From Mizuhopecten yessoensis (Eukaryota), in contig NW_018480074.1 in assembly GCF_002113885.1 (NCBI RefSeq), positions 434,001 to 498,000 of the forward strand: a stretch of DNA of 64,000 nucleotides, given 5' to 3'. Position numbers and translations under genes: made by a program. The notes beneath the pieces are model-generated. The model made no database searches. It was given only the letters and a program-made list of their open reading frames with translations, and was not told where the DNA came from. Positions 13,035 to 23,763 of the stretch are shown here, piece after piece. Within the stretch, counting starts at the first letter, position 1. Every line of letters starts with the position of its first letter.

Positions 13035-14282
13035 GCCTGTTATGTAATGATTCACGGTACAAAGATGTAAAGCCTATTGTCTAAATTTCTGAATGATTTA
13101 TTTCGTTAAAAACGCGTTATAAATCATTGCAAAATGACTGTCTCACTTTTGAATTAATTTTTATTTAGAATAGCCGTATAGAAAAACTATCGTTAAACGT
13201 CCGCTTGATATATAGTGAACTAGCCACAGTTTGTACAAATAAAAGTTCGAAATATCAAAGGTTTAATGTTAAGCGTTGATGTCCTATAATTTAGATCAGA
13301 CACGGTCGTGTCACCTACACGAGTTGACACAGATTAATGTGTGGGAAATAAGTTGTGGTGTCTCAAAACTCAAGCTTTAGTCATACACATGGGCTTCAAT
13401 TCGTGTTATAGTCATGGGCATCAGCAGAAGCACACGGTGAACATTTCAGGACTATAACGTTATAGATTGGTTCAGGTATTAAACAATGATTGTCAGGAAT
13501 GGAAAAAAAACGTAAAATCCCTGTGCCCGTCGCTATTTTTTGTAAGCTGTTGTAATTTGAAATGCTAAAACGCTGTCCTAAAACCTTGAAATAGCAAAAG
13601 CAAAAAACACGTTGATTGTTCCAAAGATATATTTGCTTTTTTTGTGCTTGTTTTGTTTTGCTCTTTGCTTTTTTTTAAGTGTGAAGGGTAAAAAAAAGTA
13701 TAAGTTCAAAATTTGAAATAAAAAAAAAATCGCGGATTTATTTTTTGACGGAAACAGTATGATCAGTTACCTTATTTACCTTATGACAAAAAATCGAGGA
13801 CATTTCTTATATAAATACTTATAAAGAAACATTCTACCTTCCTATGAATGTGAATTAAATCTTCTTCACGAGTTTCACACTAAAACTTTCAACAGAAATC
13901 TCAATTGATCAAAAGTTATATAAATATCCGTACTCTGTCTCGGCCTGTTTTCTAACGGGTATCGATCTACACTGGTCAGTGTATTTGGCACTTGTGCCTT
14001 TGCTTGACCTCAGGTAATTAGGTCAGGGTGGATCAAGGATCGCCGATAATCCCTGCTGTGTAATTACAGCTGGTCAACAGATAACCAATTCTCGCCTGCT
14101 GAGGATAAACATCACGGTTTGACCATACAGACTTGTCTACTGGCACGTGTATAACGGCGTGTCGCGTGCAACTAGCATACAGTAAAACGTTAATCAAATA
14201 TTTTACCTGTAGTTATTGAGCAATGATGATACAGGTTACTCCAGGCTGTCTGTGAGGATGAAAACCATTACAGGCGAGAATC

Positions 14283-14393
14283 TTTAGGAGAGGAACTAAT
14301 ATAAGCTCTAAGCTTGCTTACCAATCCCAGTGTAATTATATATGTATGTAATTAACATGTTTGAATATTGAATAAATACTGTTTTAAACTAAG
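14283..14393 (+). mobile_element. Probable LINE (CR1-like) 3' UTR remnant, second copy
   Basis: ggagagga...aagcttgctt...ccaatcc followed by atattgaataaatactgttttaaactaag, shared with 13005-13034. Confidence 0.4.
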
Positions 14394-14475
14394 AATACCC
14401 CATACCTGTATTTGCCAATGTAACAACATTGTAACTACTGTATTTTACTTTAATTATTATCGAAATATTATACAT

Positions 14476-15182
14476 TTATGGACTTCAGGTGAGGTCTATC
14501 CCTGATTTATGAACCTGGTCTGAACAATATTCACAGAAGCCGAAGGCCGAGGGGAATATTGTTCAGAGCAGGTCCGTAAATCAGGGATAGACTGAGACTG
14601 AAGTCCACAATTGTTTTATTATATGACATTTTACAATGAGATTATGGATGGCATGGACTATTTTGGAATCACAGAGTGAAGGACTTCAAATACAAAATAA
14701 CATACACAAAAATTGAATTTCAGATTCAATTCATGTGATATTTAATTTCAAGTAAATATTGTTTGCACAATCGACATCATTAATATTCACATAGTTCAGA
14801 ATTTAATGAGATCATTCATATGTAGTTGAATTCAGCTGTGTGTTTGGTAACAGAATTACAGACTAGCTGGGAAATTGCCTAGGCCTATTTTTAGTAGCGG
14901 TTTGCAACACTTTTCTATTTATAGGTCGAGGTCTGGAACACTTTTCTTTTCAAAGAACGAGGTCTTGAACAGATGATTTGATTGCAATTGGCTGTTAATC
15001 GATGTCGGGGAAATTACCCAGGTCTTTTTTTAGTAGCGGTCTGTAACACTTTTCTATTTATAGGTCGAGGTCTGTAACACTTTTCTATTCATAGAACGTG
15101 GTCTGTAACATATTTACAGACTCGTCACATGACGTCGCTCCTCCAATCAGGGCTGGGAATTAGCACCAGTCATATAATAACA
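14476..15182. mobile_element. Non-autonomous fold-back DNA element (long hairpin, asymmetric inverted repeats, internal duplication)
   Basis: ~55-bp stem hairpin at 14476-14610 centred on gccgaaggc; inverted repeat ttattatatgac (14616-14627) / gtcatataataa (15169-15180); ~140-bp internal duplication at ~14869-14971 and ~15008-15110. Confidence 0.7.
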
Positions 15183-17249
15183 CATGATAACGCATTTACC
15201 AAGATTCGAATGCGTTGAATCGAATCATGCTATATAATTTTACCTAATTTCTAAGTCCAAACGTACAACTGGCCAACACAAACACTGCCTTCTAAAGATA
15301 TTTAAATTGAGTTTAAATTTAAAATACTCACCAAGTCGTTTTGCTTCGTACTTTTGAATACAACACGTGTCTAGGTTTGTTTTAGTATGTTAAATACTCT
15401 AGAATTTAAAAAAGAATATTTGTGGTGTCACTTTACGCTAATGTGTTAATGAGGTATAGAAAGATGGTGTATTATATACGGGTTTGTTGTTATTGTCTTC
15501 GTTAATTATGCGCAGATTTAGCATACATAGGTATATCTGTGTCATATCTAGGTAAGAGGGTACCTCAATGACCTTGGAGAGATAGAAGGTCATTTGTATT
15601 TTATGGCTCAGGCAGGTACGGGTACAGGTAAGTGGCATTGATTAAGTCCTTTAACGTCGTTCTACTGTTATACATAGTACGTTATTATAATTATTTTTTT
15701 GCCTATGTTTGACGTAATTGTTTTTACTAATCAAATCAAATGTTAATTTAGAGAAGGTACCCCCGTATTGGCCATTCTTCCAGGCACATGTCTTTTTGTT
15801 TTTCTTCCTTCTACAATCGCCGAGATTTCCTTTAGAGGCATAGACGTTTATAACTCGTTTTGTATCCGTCTGTACCGTTCAGATAAGCAGATATTTACAC
15901 AGGACGAACTACAATATCCAAAACGGGGTTTATCAACTTCCAACAGGAAACATAATACCGAGATAAGCAGTATATGGTTCAGGAATAAAACTCGGTATTT
16001 TTTTTTAGACCGAGTTGTTTCCCTTTAGTCATTAGTCGTACATAGGTTGATTTTCCCCCCAAAAAGGTTGTGAGCTCACCATTTTCACCATTGTGCAGTT
16101 AATTTAGGGATTGTTATTTACACTTCATTAATTACCCAGCGCCATCGTTGAAAGGCTCACAGGACCGCAATTATATGATTCACTCCCCTGACGTCAACGT
16201 TGGTAGGTCTGTCTAGGACAGATGTCACATATATGTTGGGACCAGGTATAAAATAACATATCATTACATCCACCAGGTTAGTATTGAAAAATTGATTTTT
16301 ATAATTTGTTGGTATTAATGATTTTGTTTCAGGTTTCAATATGTTATGCCCTCTGATCTATTATTTCATATTTTTCACTTCTAAAAGGCCTATTAATTAA
16401 AAATCTACAGGGGTTTGGGGTTGGTATAGAAATATATTTTCCATAACTTAAAAAGTTGATGCATAGAAATGGTAATTCACGTGCGCTATCTAAGTCCCGG
16501 TATACATGCAGTAATAATACATAAGGCCAATAATATTATAGGTCTTTCTTGTATCACCATTGGTACCGTTGTATGGCACTACGTAAATCTCATGACCTCA
16601 TACTTTAAACTGTTTCGGTACCAGCTTACTGTTTCGGACATTTAGGAAGGAATAGAATACCTAGACTGTGTGGTATAACAAAACGGATAGCTCAACTTGT
16701 AAATGTTACCGCAATATACCAGCATAATGACACTCCTGTCGTTACATTTCCTGTTTTATGCAGGCTAGCATGTATTTCCCTGTTTGTAGTGTAGATTGCA
16801 CATCCTCATCAGTTCATTTTACTCAGATACATATTAAGCCATAGTTTATACGTTTCTGAGTAACTTCAATATTTCACACAAAAAGCTGGCACCACGCCCA
16901 TACTTCAGTTTCTTTTTTTTAACATGAAAATACCTATTAGTGAATTACAGATAATACCACGGAATATGATGCTATCTAATTAAGTCCGTGATAATACGCT
17001 TAAATTGATGTACATGTATGTATATTATAATACATAATAATTATCCCTTGTGGACGCTTTAGCAAAGACAAGATAATAATGAAATTTCCCTCTTTCTAGA
17101 ATAAGAACGCGGAAAATGCTCGTATGAAAACAGCTAGTGCACGTTCCTGGGATACAAAATCATTTTCACCTTTAGAAAACCCTCAAATAACCTAACAATA
17201 GAATAAGTAGACACTGTAGAAGCTCGGCAGATAATTAAAAGCACGTGAG

Positions 17250-17921
17250 TAATGTGATGTACCGCCGTAAACGTGAATGACAATATACTCGGCATACGTC
17301 AGCTTGCTGCAGCGGCTGAAGGAAAACCCAATGAGCGAGTGCGGTACATCTTCACGGCAAGACACATCGGCTGTTCCAATAATATCATTTACTCCATCTT
17401 TCTATGAATCATAACTCGTGACTTAATACGAGATGCTTAGGCGATTTTAATCTTATCGGTGGTATTGTAAATAGCTGGTAGATTAAATAGACTCCCGCCT
17501 GAGCCCGGTACAGGTACATGTGCATTTATTATGTAAAGAGGACCGTCTCCGGCTTGACCCCGAGGGAATGACATCACAGCATTACTAAGCCATATTTTGC
17601 ATTGACTGGTGAAGCGGCCATTTTCCTGCAGACATTCTACTTTTATTTGGACGATATGGGGGATATTATTGAGTAAGCTGTGCAGCTGATGATCTTGTTC
17701 ACATCAGAAAACCTTGTTTTATAAAATGTGTGGATTTATTAAGTGAATACTGTCTGTGTGTGATGACTGAACGAGAAATCGCCCGTGTTGGCCAGCACGC
17801 GCGACTTCAGTCTCGCACCTGCCTTGACCTAATCAATTTCTATGTTTATTTTTGGACAGCTAGGGGTATGACATTTGACGTAGGGATATCTCGGATGATA
17901 GGGATGTAACGGGTGGCAACA
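17250..17921 (+). promoter_or_regulatory. Probable promoter/5' leader region of this spectraplakin isoform
   Basis: Locally CpG-richer sequence, CCAAT near 17328 and 17376, and Inr-like TCAGTC at 17807-17812. A possible acceptor (tttatttttggacag|, 17859) means the exon could instead be spliced to an upstream non-coding exon. Confidence 0.35.
17868..17909 (+). promoter_or_regulatory. Upstream ORF MTFDVGISRMIGM*, in frame with the main CDS
   Basis: ATGs at 17868, 17895 and 17904 share TAA 17907-17909; the main ATG is at 17922. Confidence 0.5.
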
Positions 17922-18036
17922 ATGGACACCAACCCATCGGATTACTACTACAGGGAGTATGGAACCGGCGAGGGAGAACTGCCATTTGCCATGCTTCAGC
18001 TTGATCCACCAGACCGAGCCGTGTTAAAAATAGCAG
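17922..18036 (+). CDS. MACF1: Spectraplakin (Shot/MACF1/dystonin/plectin-like), first coding exon of one isoform
   Basis: ATG in strong Kozak context (acaATGg) with an in-frame TAA upstream at 17907-17909. Translates MDTNPSDYYYREYGTGEGELPFAMLQLDPPDRAVLKIA plus 1 nt, then donor GCAG|GTATGT (phase 1). LDPPDRAVLKIA resembles the LDPAERAV(L/I)RIA peptide preceding CH1 in dystonin/MACF1/plectin isoforms. The symbol is family-level, since invertebrates typically have one Shot-type gene. Confidence 0.85.
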
Positions 18037-20758
18037 GTATGTTTATAAATCGTTTTGTGTAATCTTCCTCCAGAAGCGTTTTATCTTATCAGTCACATCC
18101 ATGATTCGTGTATTGGTATGTTGTTAGAACTATCATATTTCCACCATTACACTGTTGCTAAATATAACCCGCGGTTCTACCGTGACCTTAGAATCCACGT
18201 GTTATGTCAATCAATTTTCACCGGTAATGCAAATATATCGTCGTGTTTTCTCCAAGTAAACACTCCGAAGGTGTCCTTTGTTTACGTTGTCATGTTGAAT
18301 TGTTGATGACACAGGCGTACTTACCATGAACGCTTGTTACTATTATTGATTAAACTCCACACAGTCAAAGTGAAACCTCGCATTAAAATCTAGGACATGT
18401 TATGTTACTTATAGTGTAGGTACAAGCGTGTACAGATTCGGGACCTCCACTCCGCCGAATTTGTTACTAAATTTAGACCCCATTGATACGTCACTGGAGT
18501 GGTCCCCCTACCTCCGCGGTAGTAAATCCTACAGCTGTTATTGCCCATGCAATGATGTCATGGTTGACTGACTACACAGGTACAATTGTCACCTGTGTAA
18601 GGAGCATGTGTATGTTCTGTAGTGAAACATTGGGCACATACCAAGGGTGAACCTTCCCCTTGAAGGCTGGGCAGGGAAAGTCACAGTGCCTCTTATGTGT
18701 TTTACTTGTTATAAACGAGAGGACATTTATTTGCGCTCTGGGATTTAAACACATGAGTCAGTGGTGGTGTTGGTGAGCTACTTGTGAAGTAAAAATGTCG
18801 CTGTGAGGACTTTGATAAGGTGGACTGACAAAGTTTTTGTTGCACTTTCGAGACCCGTGTTCAAGCGGTGTATATAGTTATCACCGATGTGTGATTTACC
18901 TGGATTCTCACCTGGGAATTAATCAGTGCTGATTAGATTTGAATGATCAGATTACATAATTGGGAGGATACAGATAAAATTCTAGTGACGAAAATATTAG
19001 GTGTATACCAGGTTCAAATAATGCAGGCATTAAATTTCTTATCTTAAAGTGTGGAAAGTTTAAGGTGTTGTAAAAATGTGGGGTAGTACTTCGCAGTATG
19101 ACCCAGCGGAGGTCCCCCCCTCCCCTCGGGCCATGATGCAGTATGAAGAAAACCGGAGAAAAGAGTCGGGTAGGTATATAGCTATAGGCTAGTGTGAGGT
19201 CGTACCTCTATCCGTCAACAAGAATAACCCTACTTAACCTTTATGCCCAGGTAGCATGCGATTTTAAATGAGCGGGTATTGAGATTTATACCTGTAATTG
19301 TTATATAGGTATATAAGGTGTAATATCGACCCTGTAACAAATACACTATTGTATAGAACATTCCCGTCCTATTGTACACATGTAATATAATATAAATATT
19401 TTTCTAAATAGGTTAATATGGCATTTACTCTTGTCGATGTTGACATAGCTATGAAATGTGATCTGGGTCAATTATCAATGGTATTTGTTAAGAGTACATA
19501 ATCTATATTATATTTCTAAAAATGATGCATGCTTGATTTAGCACATTCAATAATGTTGAAAGTGTGTCGTGACTTCATAAGTACTTCTTTATTTAAAATT
19601 TTCATAAAAACATTGTAATGACACTAGTATGGGCTATAAAACTGTTAAAAAAAACCTAAAATGTTTTTTCTCACTTCAGATTTTGTTTGTGTCATAATTA
19701 TAACTACATAGGAATGTTACTGGGTTTTTTCCCCGAATATCCAAAATGATCATAAAAACTTTGCATGGTAAGTTAATGTTTTAAATTGTGAGGAAATGTT
19801 TTTGAAATAATAAGTTGGCTTTTGAAAATGAATTCCTAATTAACATATGAGTCACCTGTTTATGAAATCTGGATTTAATATATACAGCATTTTAAGATTG
19901 TATGAATATCTCAGATTTTATGACAGTTTAGTGTCAACGTTTAGCCTTGTCGCCAGCTCCTGGGGCTGTTTTGAAAATTAAAATTTTAATGTGGTATGCG
20001 TAGAATCAGATGAAGCATAATTTCAGACTTTAATGCAGCGAATAAAGTACAAGCTAAAAACAATGTACTGTACATGGATGTTATGTATTGAATAGTGGAG
20101 TAGGTCATTGATGACATGGGTATCAAAATTAATTTCTAAAATAAAAAAATAAAATAACCCTGGGAGCCTTTAGTGTATATTCATCTATTTGGCATAGGTG
20201 GAAGAAGAATTTTGGGGGTTAAGGAGTTGCTTTATACTCTCTTAAACTATTGATATAATCATACAGGTAATAAATATGTTATTATTTTCCTGAAACAGAG
20301 AAAGAAGATAACCAACAACATACGTGTGTACTTTAGAATAATAATTGTTCAAGTAATAGCCGGAGGATATAATTAATTTAGGATGTTTACGCACCAGGTA
20401 CCAGATCACAAATTAATATATAAATATTTACATTGTTTAATGCACACCTCAAGAGGATTGTAACATTCACTAGTTAAGAACAGTAGATACTAGGGGAGCT
20501 GACAACCTGTAGCAGGGCATTGTAGAATGACCGTCCCGTCACGTTAGATTGTAATATATGTCGCTGTAGAGGAGAAGAGAATAATGCCACATTCCCCTAA
20601 GGACAGTGGTTTGTATCCCATTTGCTCCATGACAAGAAACATATCCGTTGACAAAATGTTACAGTGAGTTAGAATATATACCCCCCCTCCCCTGGTAATC
20701 TTGTCCAATGTACTGTCACAGAACAGTGAACAAGCACAAATATCTTCAAATGTTATAG

Positions 20759-20936
20759 CATGATGTTTCAGTGAGATAGCACTATAGTGTCTTTCAATCA
20801 TGAAAGAATTACAATGTTTGTGTAATGACATTTTGGTGAGATAGCACTATGGTCTGATATTTGTGACATGACATTTCAGTGAGATAGCACTATGGTCTGA
20901 TATTTGTGACATGACATTTCGGTGAGATAGCACTAT
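20759..20936 (+). repeat. Short 43-bp tandem repeat (~2.6 copies plus one upstream partial copy)
   Basis: atgacatttcagtgagatagcactatggtctgatatttgtgac-type units at 20825, 20868 and 20911; partial copy at 20759. Confidence 0.9.
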
Positions 20937-21295
20937 AATTTGGATTGATTTCCTCCATGCTTATATATGTTTTACCAGAAAATCAGAACAGAAAGGAAAC
21001 CAAAACTAAAAAAATGTATACAAACTGTTGGCTAAATATGTATATATAGACCATTTCAACCAAGTGATGATTGATCACACTATATATTTATGTATATTTA
21101 TTTGATTGAGATTATCCTTGGATATGACATGAAACCAATGTAGCTGTGACAATAGTTATGTGAGATTTGTAAGGTAATTTGTTGCCTTGTTGATAACCGA
21201 CTGAAGAACGTACAGATGTGTTAAGAATTAAGATAGTACAATGAAGTTCATGTACATATTTCATCATGTACTTTTTGTGTTATTCTGAAATAGTT

Positions 21296-21526
21296 AATGT
21301 GACCGAATGGAATACTGTTTTGGGTGCCTTTGGCATGGTATTTCAGTGAGGTAGCACTCTAAAAGTCGGCATCAGTGTCATGCTATTACAAGCAGGCAAA
21401 TACACCAGCATACCCTGCCTCCAGCACACAAACACACAAGCAGGCATACATTACACACATGGAGGCAACCTTAAATGACTTTAGCTGTTGATAGGATATT
21501 AAACAAAAATAAAACCAAACCAACCA
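21296..21526 (+). mobile_element. 5'-truncated SINE (Meta-domain-like)
   Basis: gcatggtatttcagtgaggtagcactctaaa core, CA-rich spacer, tail ccttaaatgactttagctgttgataggatattaaac plus aaaccaaacc; homologous to the minus-strand copy at 23386-23763. Confidence 0.75.
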
Positions 21527-21940
21527 TCCTGTTACAGGTACAAACTTTGTTCAAAACCGTTCCCATGAAAACTTGCATCATCATTATGAAATGCAATTTA
21601 CACCTGGCTCAAATTTATTGTGTTCATTTATCCATACATTGTTTCCTTGATATTTATTAAGTTTGAAATACATGTATGATGTATATATTAAGTAAGGTTA
21701 AATTTTAACTGAGAAAGTTGTACTTTCTACAGTGTGTTTTTCTTCCCTTCAGACCTTGCCTACATTTCTAACACTGCCTTCAAAGCACTTCCTCTTTTTC
21801 TTCAGATTGCGAATGAAATAAAATTTATTATAGATATACCTACTAAGTGATTTATGGAGCGTGTTATTGGTATATTTGATATAATTATGAATCTATAATG
21901 AAATTTGGTCTAATTTCCATCATTTTTTTCCCATTCACAG

Positions 21941-22002
21941 ATGAAAGGGATGCCGTTCAAAAGAAAACATTTACAAAATGGATTAATAAACACTTGCTGA
22001 AG
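21941..22002 (+). CDS. MACF1: Spectraplakin 62-nt exon encoding the first helix of calponin-homology domain 1 (actin-binding domain)
   Basis: Branch-like TCTAAT at 21909-21914, acceptor catttttttcccattcacag| and donor AAG|GTAAGG. A phase-1 join to 18036 gives [21 protein letters not shown], the [13 protein letters not shown](V/I)NKHL signature of plectin/dystonin/MACF1/Shot. Confidence 0.93.
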
Positions 22003-22977
22003 GTAAGGGTGAAATTTATGTCTACGATTGCTTAGTTAAAACAGGTGTATACATATATGTTGTCACATTTCAGTGGAGCGGACCTCGGTTTGAAAAATTA
22101 TCTGGTATGCACATCCTTACGTAAAATTTGTATTCCTATCTCTAATACACCCTAAATGTTATGTTGATATATTTTTAAAAGTTCACTCCTCCGCGAACTT
22201 TTGTGCCATATTTCATCTTTTCAACGTGAATTATGTTAGCTTGAGTGCACCAGACTATGGCGATTCACGGTATACAAGGCCATCAGTCGGAGGTAGAATT
22301 TCACCGTTTCTTTTACGTGTAATAAGAGGCGACAGATAGGTAGATGATGGCCTTCGTGTCTTTTATTACATTGGTTGGTAAAAACGGGCCATTTTCCCAG
22401 CCCTGCTTATACTATTTTGTACATGATGAGAAACTATTCATAAAATTATTATGTATCGTATATCTGATTTTAGCATTTTTTAAATACTGCACATGTTGTT
22501 AAATTAGATTCTATCACACATCAACAACCCTTTCTAAATTATCTTAGGATTTAGAAAACTTAATTTGTTGTCAGCTTTACTGATTTGGAAATATTGAAAG
22601 TGGTTTCAAAATATGATCTATATGAGTACCTGATGATATGTGTTGAGTTTTCTTTCCATAAAGAGAGATAAAAGTGTGATGTGAACAATTTTAAGAAGGA
22701 CAGGAGAAAGTTGAGGAAACTGAAATAAAAGCATACCTCATACGATAACACATTATCTAACTTAGTAATACCTCTATACAACTAGCGGTTAACTGTAAGT
22801 GGAGACTCGAGGCAGACAGTAATAGTCACATCCACGATTGCCTTAGTACACAGCACTATACAGAATCCGGTTTAAATTTAAGTGAAACAAAAAGTGTTGA
22901 ATTTTGCTGTCTAATCGTATACTTTATTTCAATCTAGTTATTTTTTGCTGTTTTTAAATTGGTTCAGATATTGTATA

Positions 22978-23046
22978 TCTGATTGTACGTCTTGGGTGTT
23001 TGGGAAGGGACATTTCTGATTGTACGTCTTAGGTGTTTGGGAAGGA
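22978..23046. repeat. 37-bp tandem duplication
   Basis: tctgattgtacgtcttRggtgtttgggaagg occurs twice. Confidence 0.9.
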
Positions 23047-23385
23047 ACCAAATTGCTTTGATGACGCCAACATGTTAGATGTTTAAGGATGCATTTTTTT
23101 AAAAAAAATTTTGACTGTTCGTATACCGGTAGTTAATGCAGATTTGGATGTGGGCTGATATTGGGAGAGATTCTTTAATGTAATTTTGCAGTAGAAAGAC
23201 AAAACTGTTGTTAAGATGATGATGAGACATTGACATTGTGTGAGAGGTTCACTACAAGGAAACTGATTGTATAACCATACTGTGCTGATGAACCTTCAGA
23301 AATCAATCAACCAATCGTTTCTAGACTTTGGAAACCAAAAAGAAAATGTTCTGAGTAATGATATTGATGCCATTTCAATGAATAA

Positions 23386-23763
23386 TTGGTTTCGTTTTAA
23401 TGTCCTGTTAACAGCTAAGGTTATCCAAGGATGTGCCTCTGTGTGTAAGGTATGCATGTTTGCTTGTGTCCTGGGATTAGTGGCTGTTGGCGTATTGGTC
23501 TCCTTGTGATAGCGCAAATCTGATGCCATCTTTATAGTGCTACCTCACTTAAATACCATGCTGAAACCCAGCATTGCATCCACCTAGTCACATTACATGT
23601 ATATTGTTAATGGGGTAAGCAGTTGTTGCAATTACCCAAAATGCTGAACATCAATTGCCAGCAGGGAATGACAATTTCCATTTATCAGTACTTTAAATTG
23701 GTATGTCCTGTCGATGAGTAAAAAAGAAAACCCCCTGATAAACAAGTCGCTCGACTTCTGGCT
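23386..23763 (-). mobile_element. Diverged near-full-length SINE (Meta-domain-like), inverted relative to 21296-21526
   Basis: The reverse complement of 23520-23561 reads gcatggtatttaagtgaggtagcactataaagatggcatcag; same tail at 23386-23432; degraded head toward 23763. Confidence 0.75.

Larger units (their letters stand above)
18037..21940 (+). other. Spectraplakin intron (3904 nt, GT-AG, phase 1)
   Basis: Lies between the two in-frame coding exons; GTATGT...CACAG ends. Confidence 0.8.
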
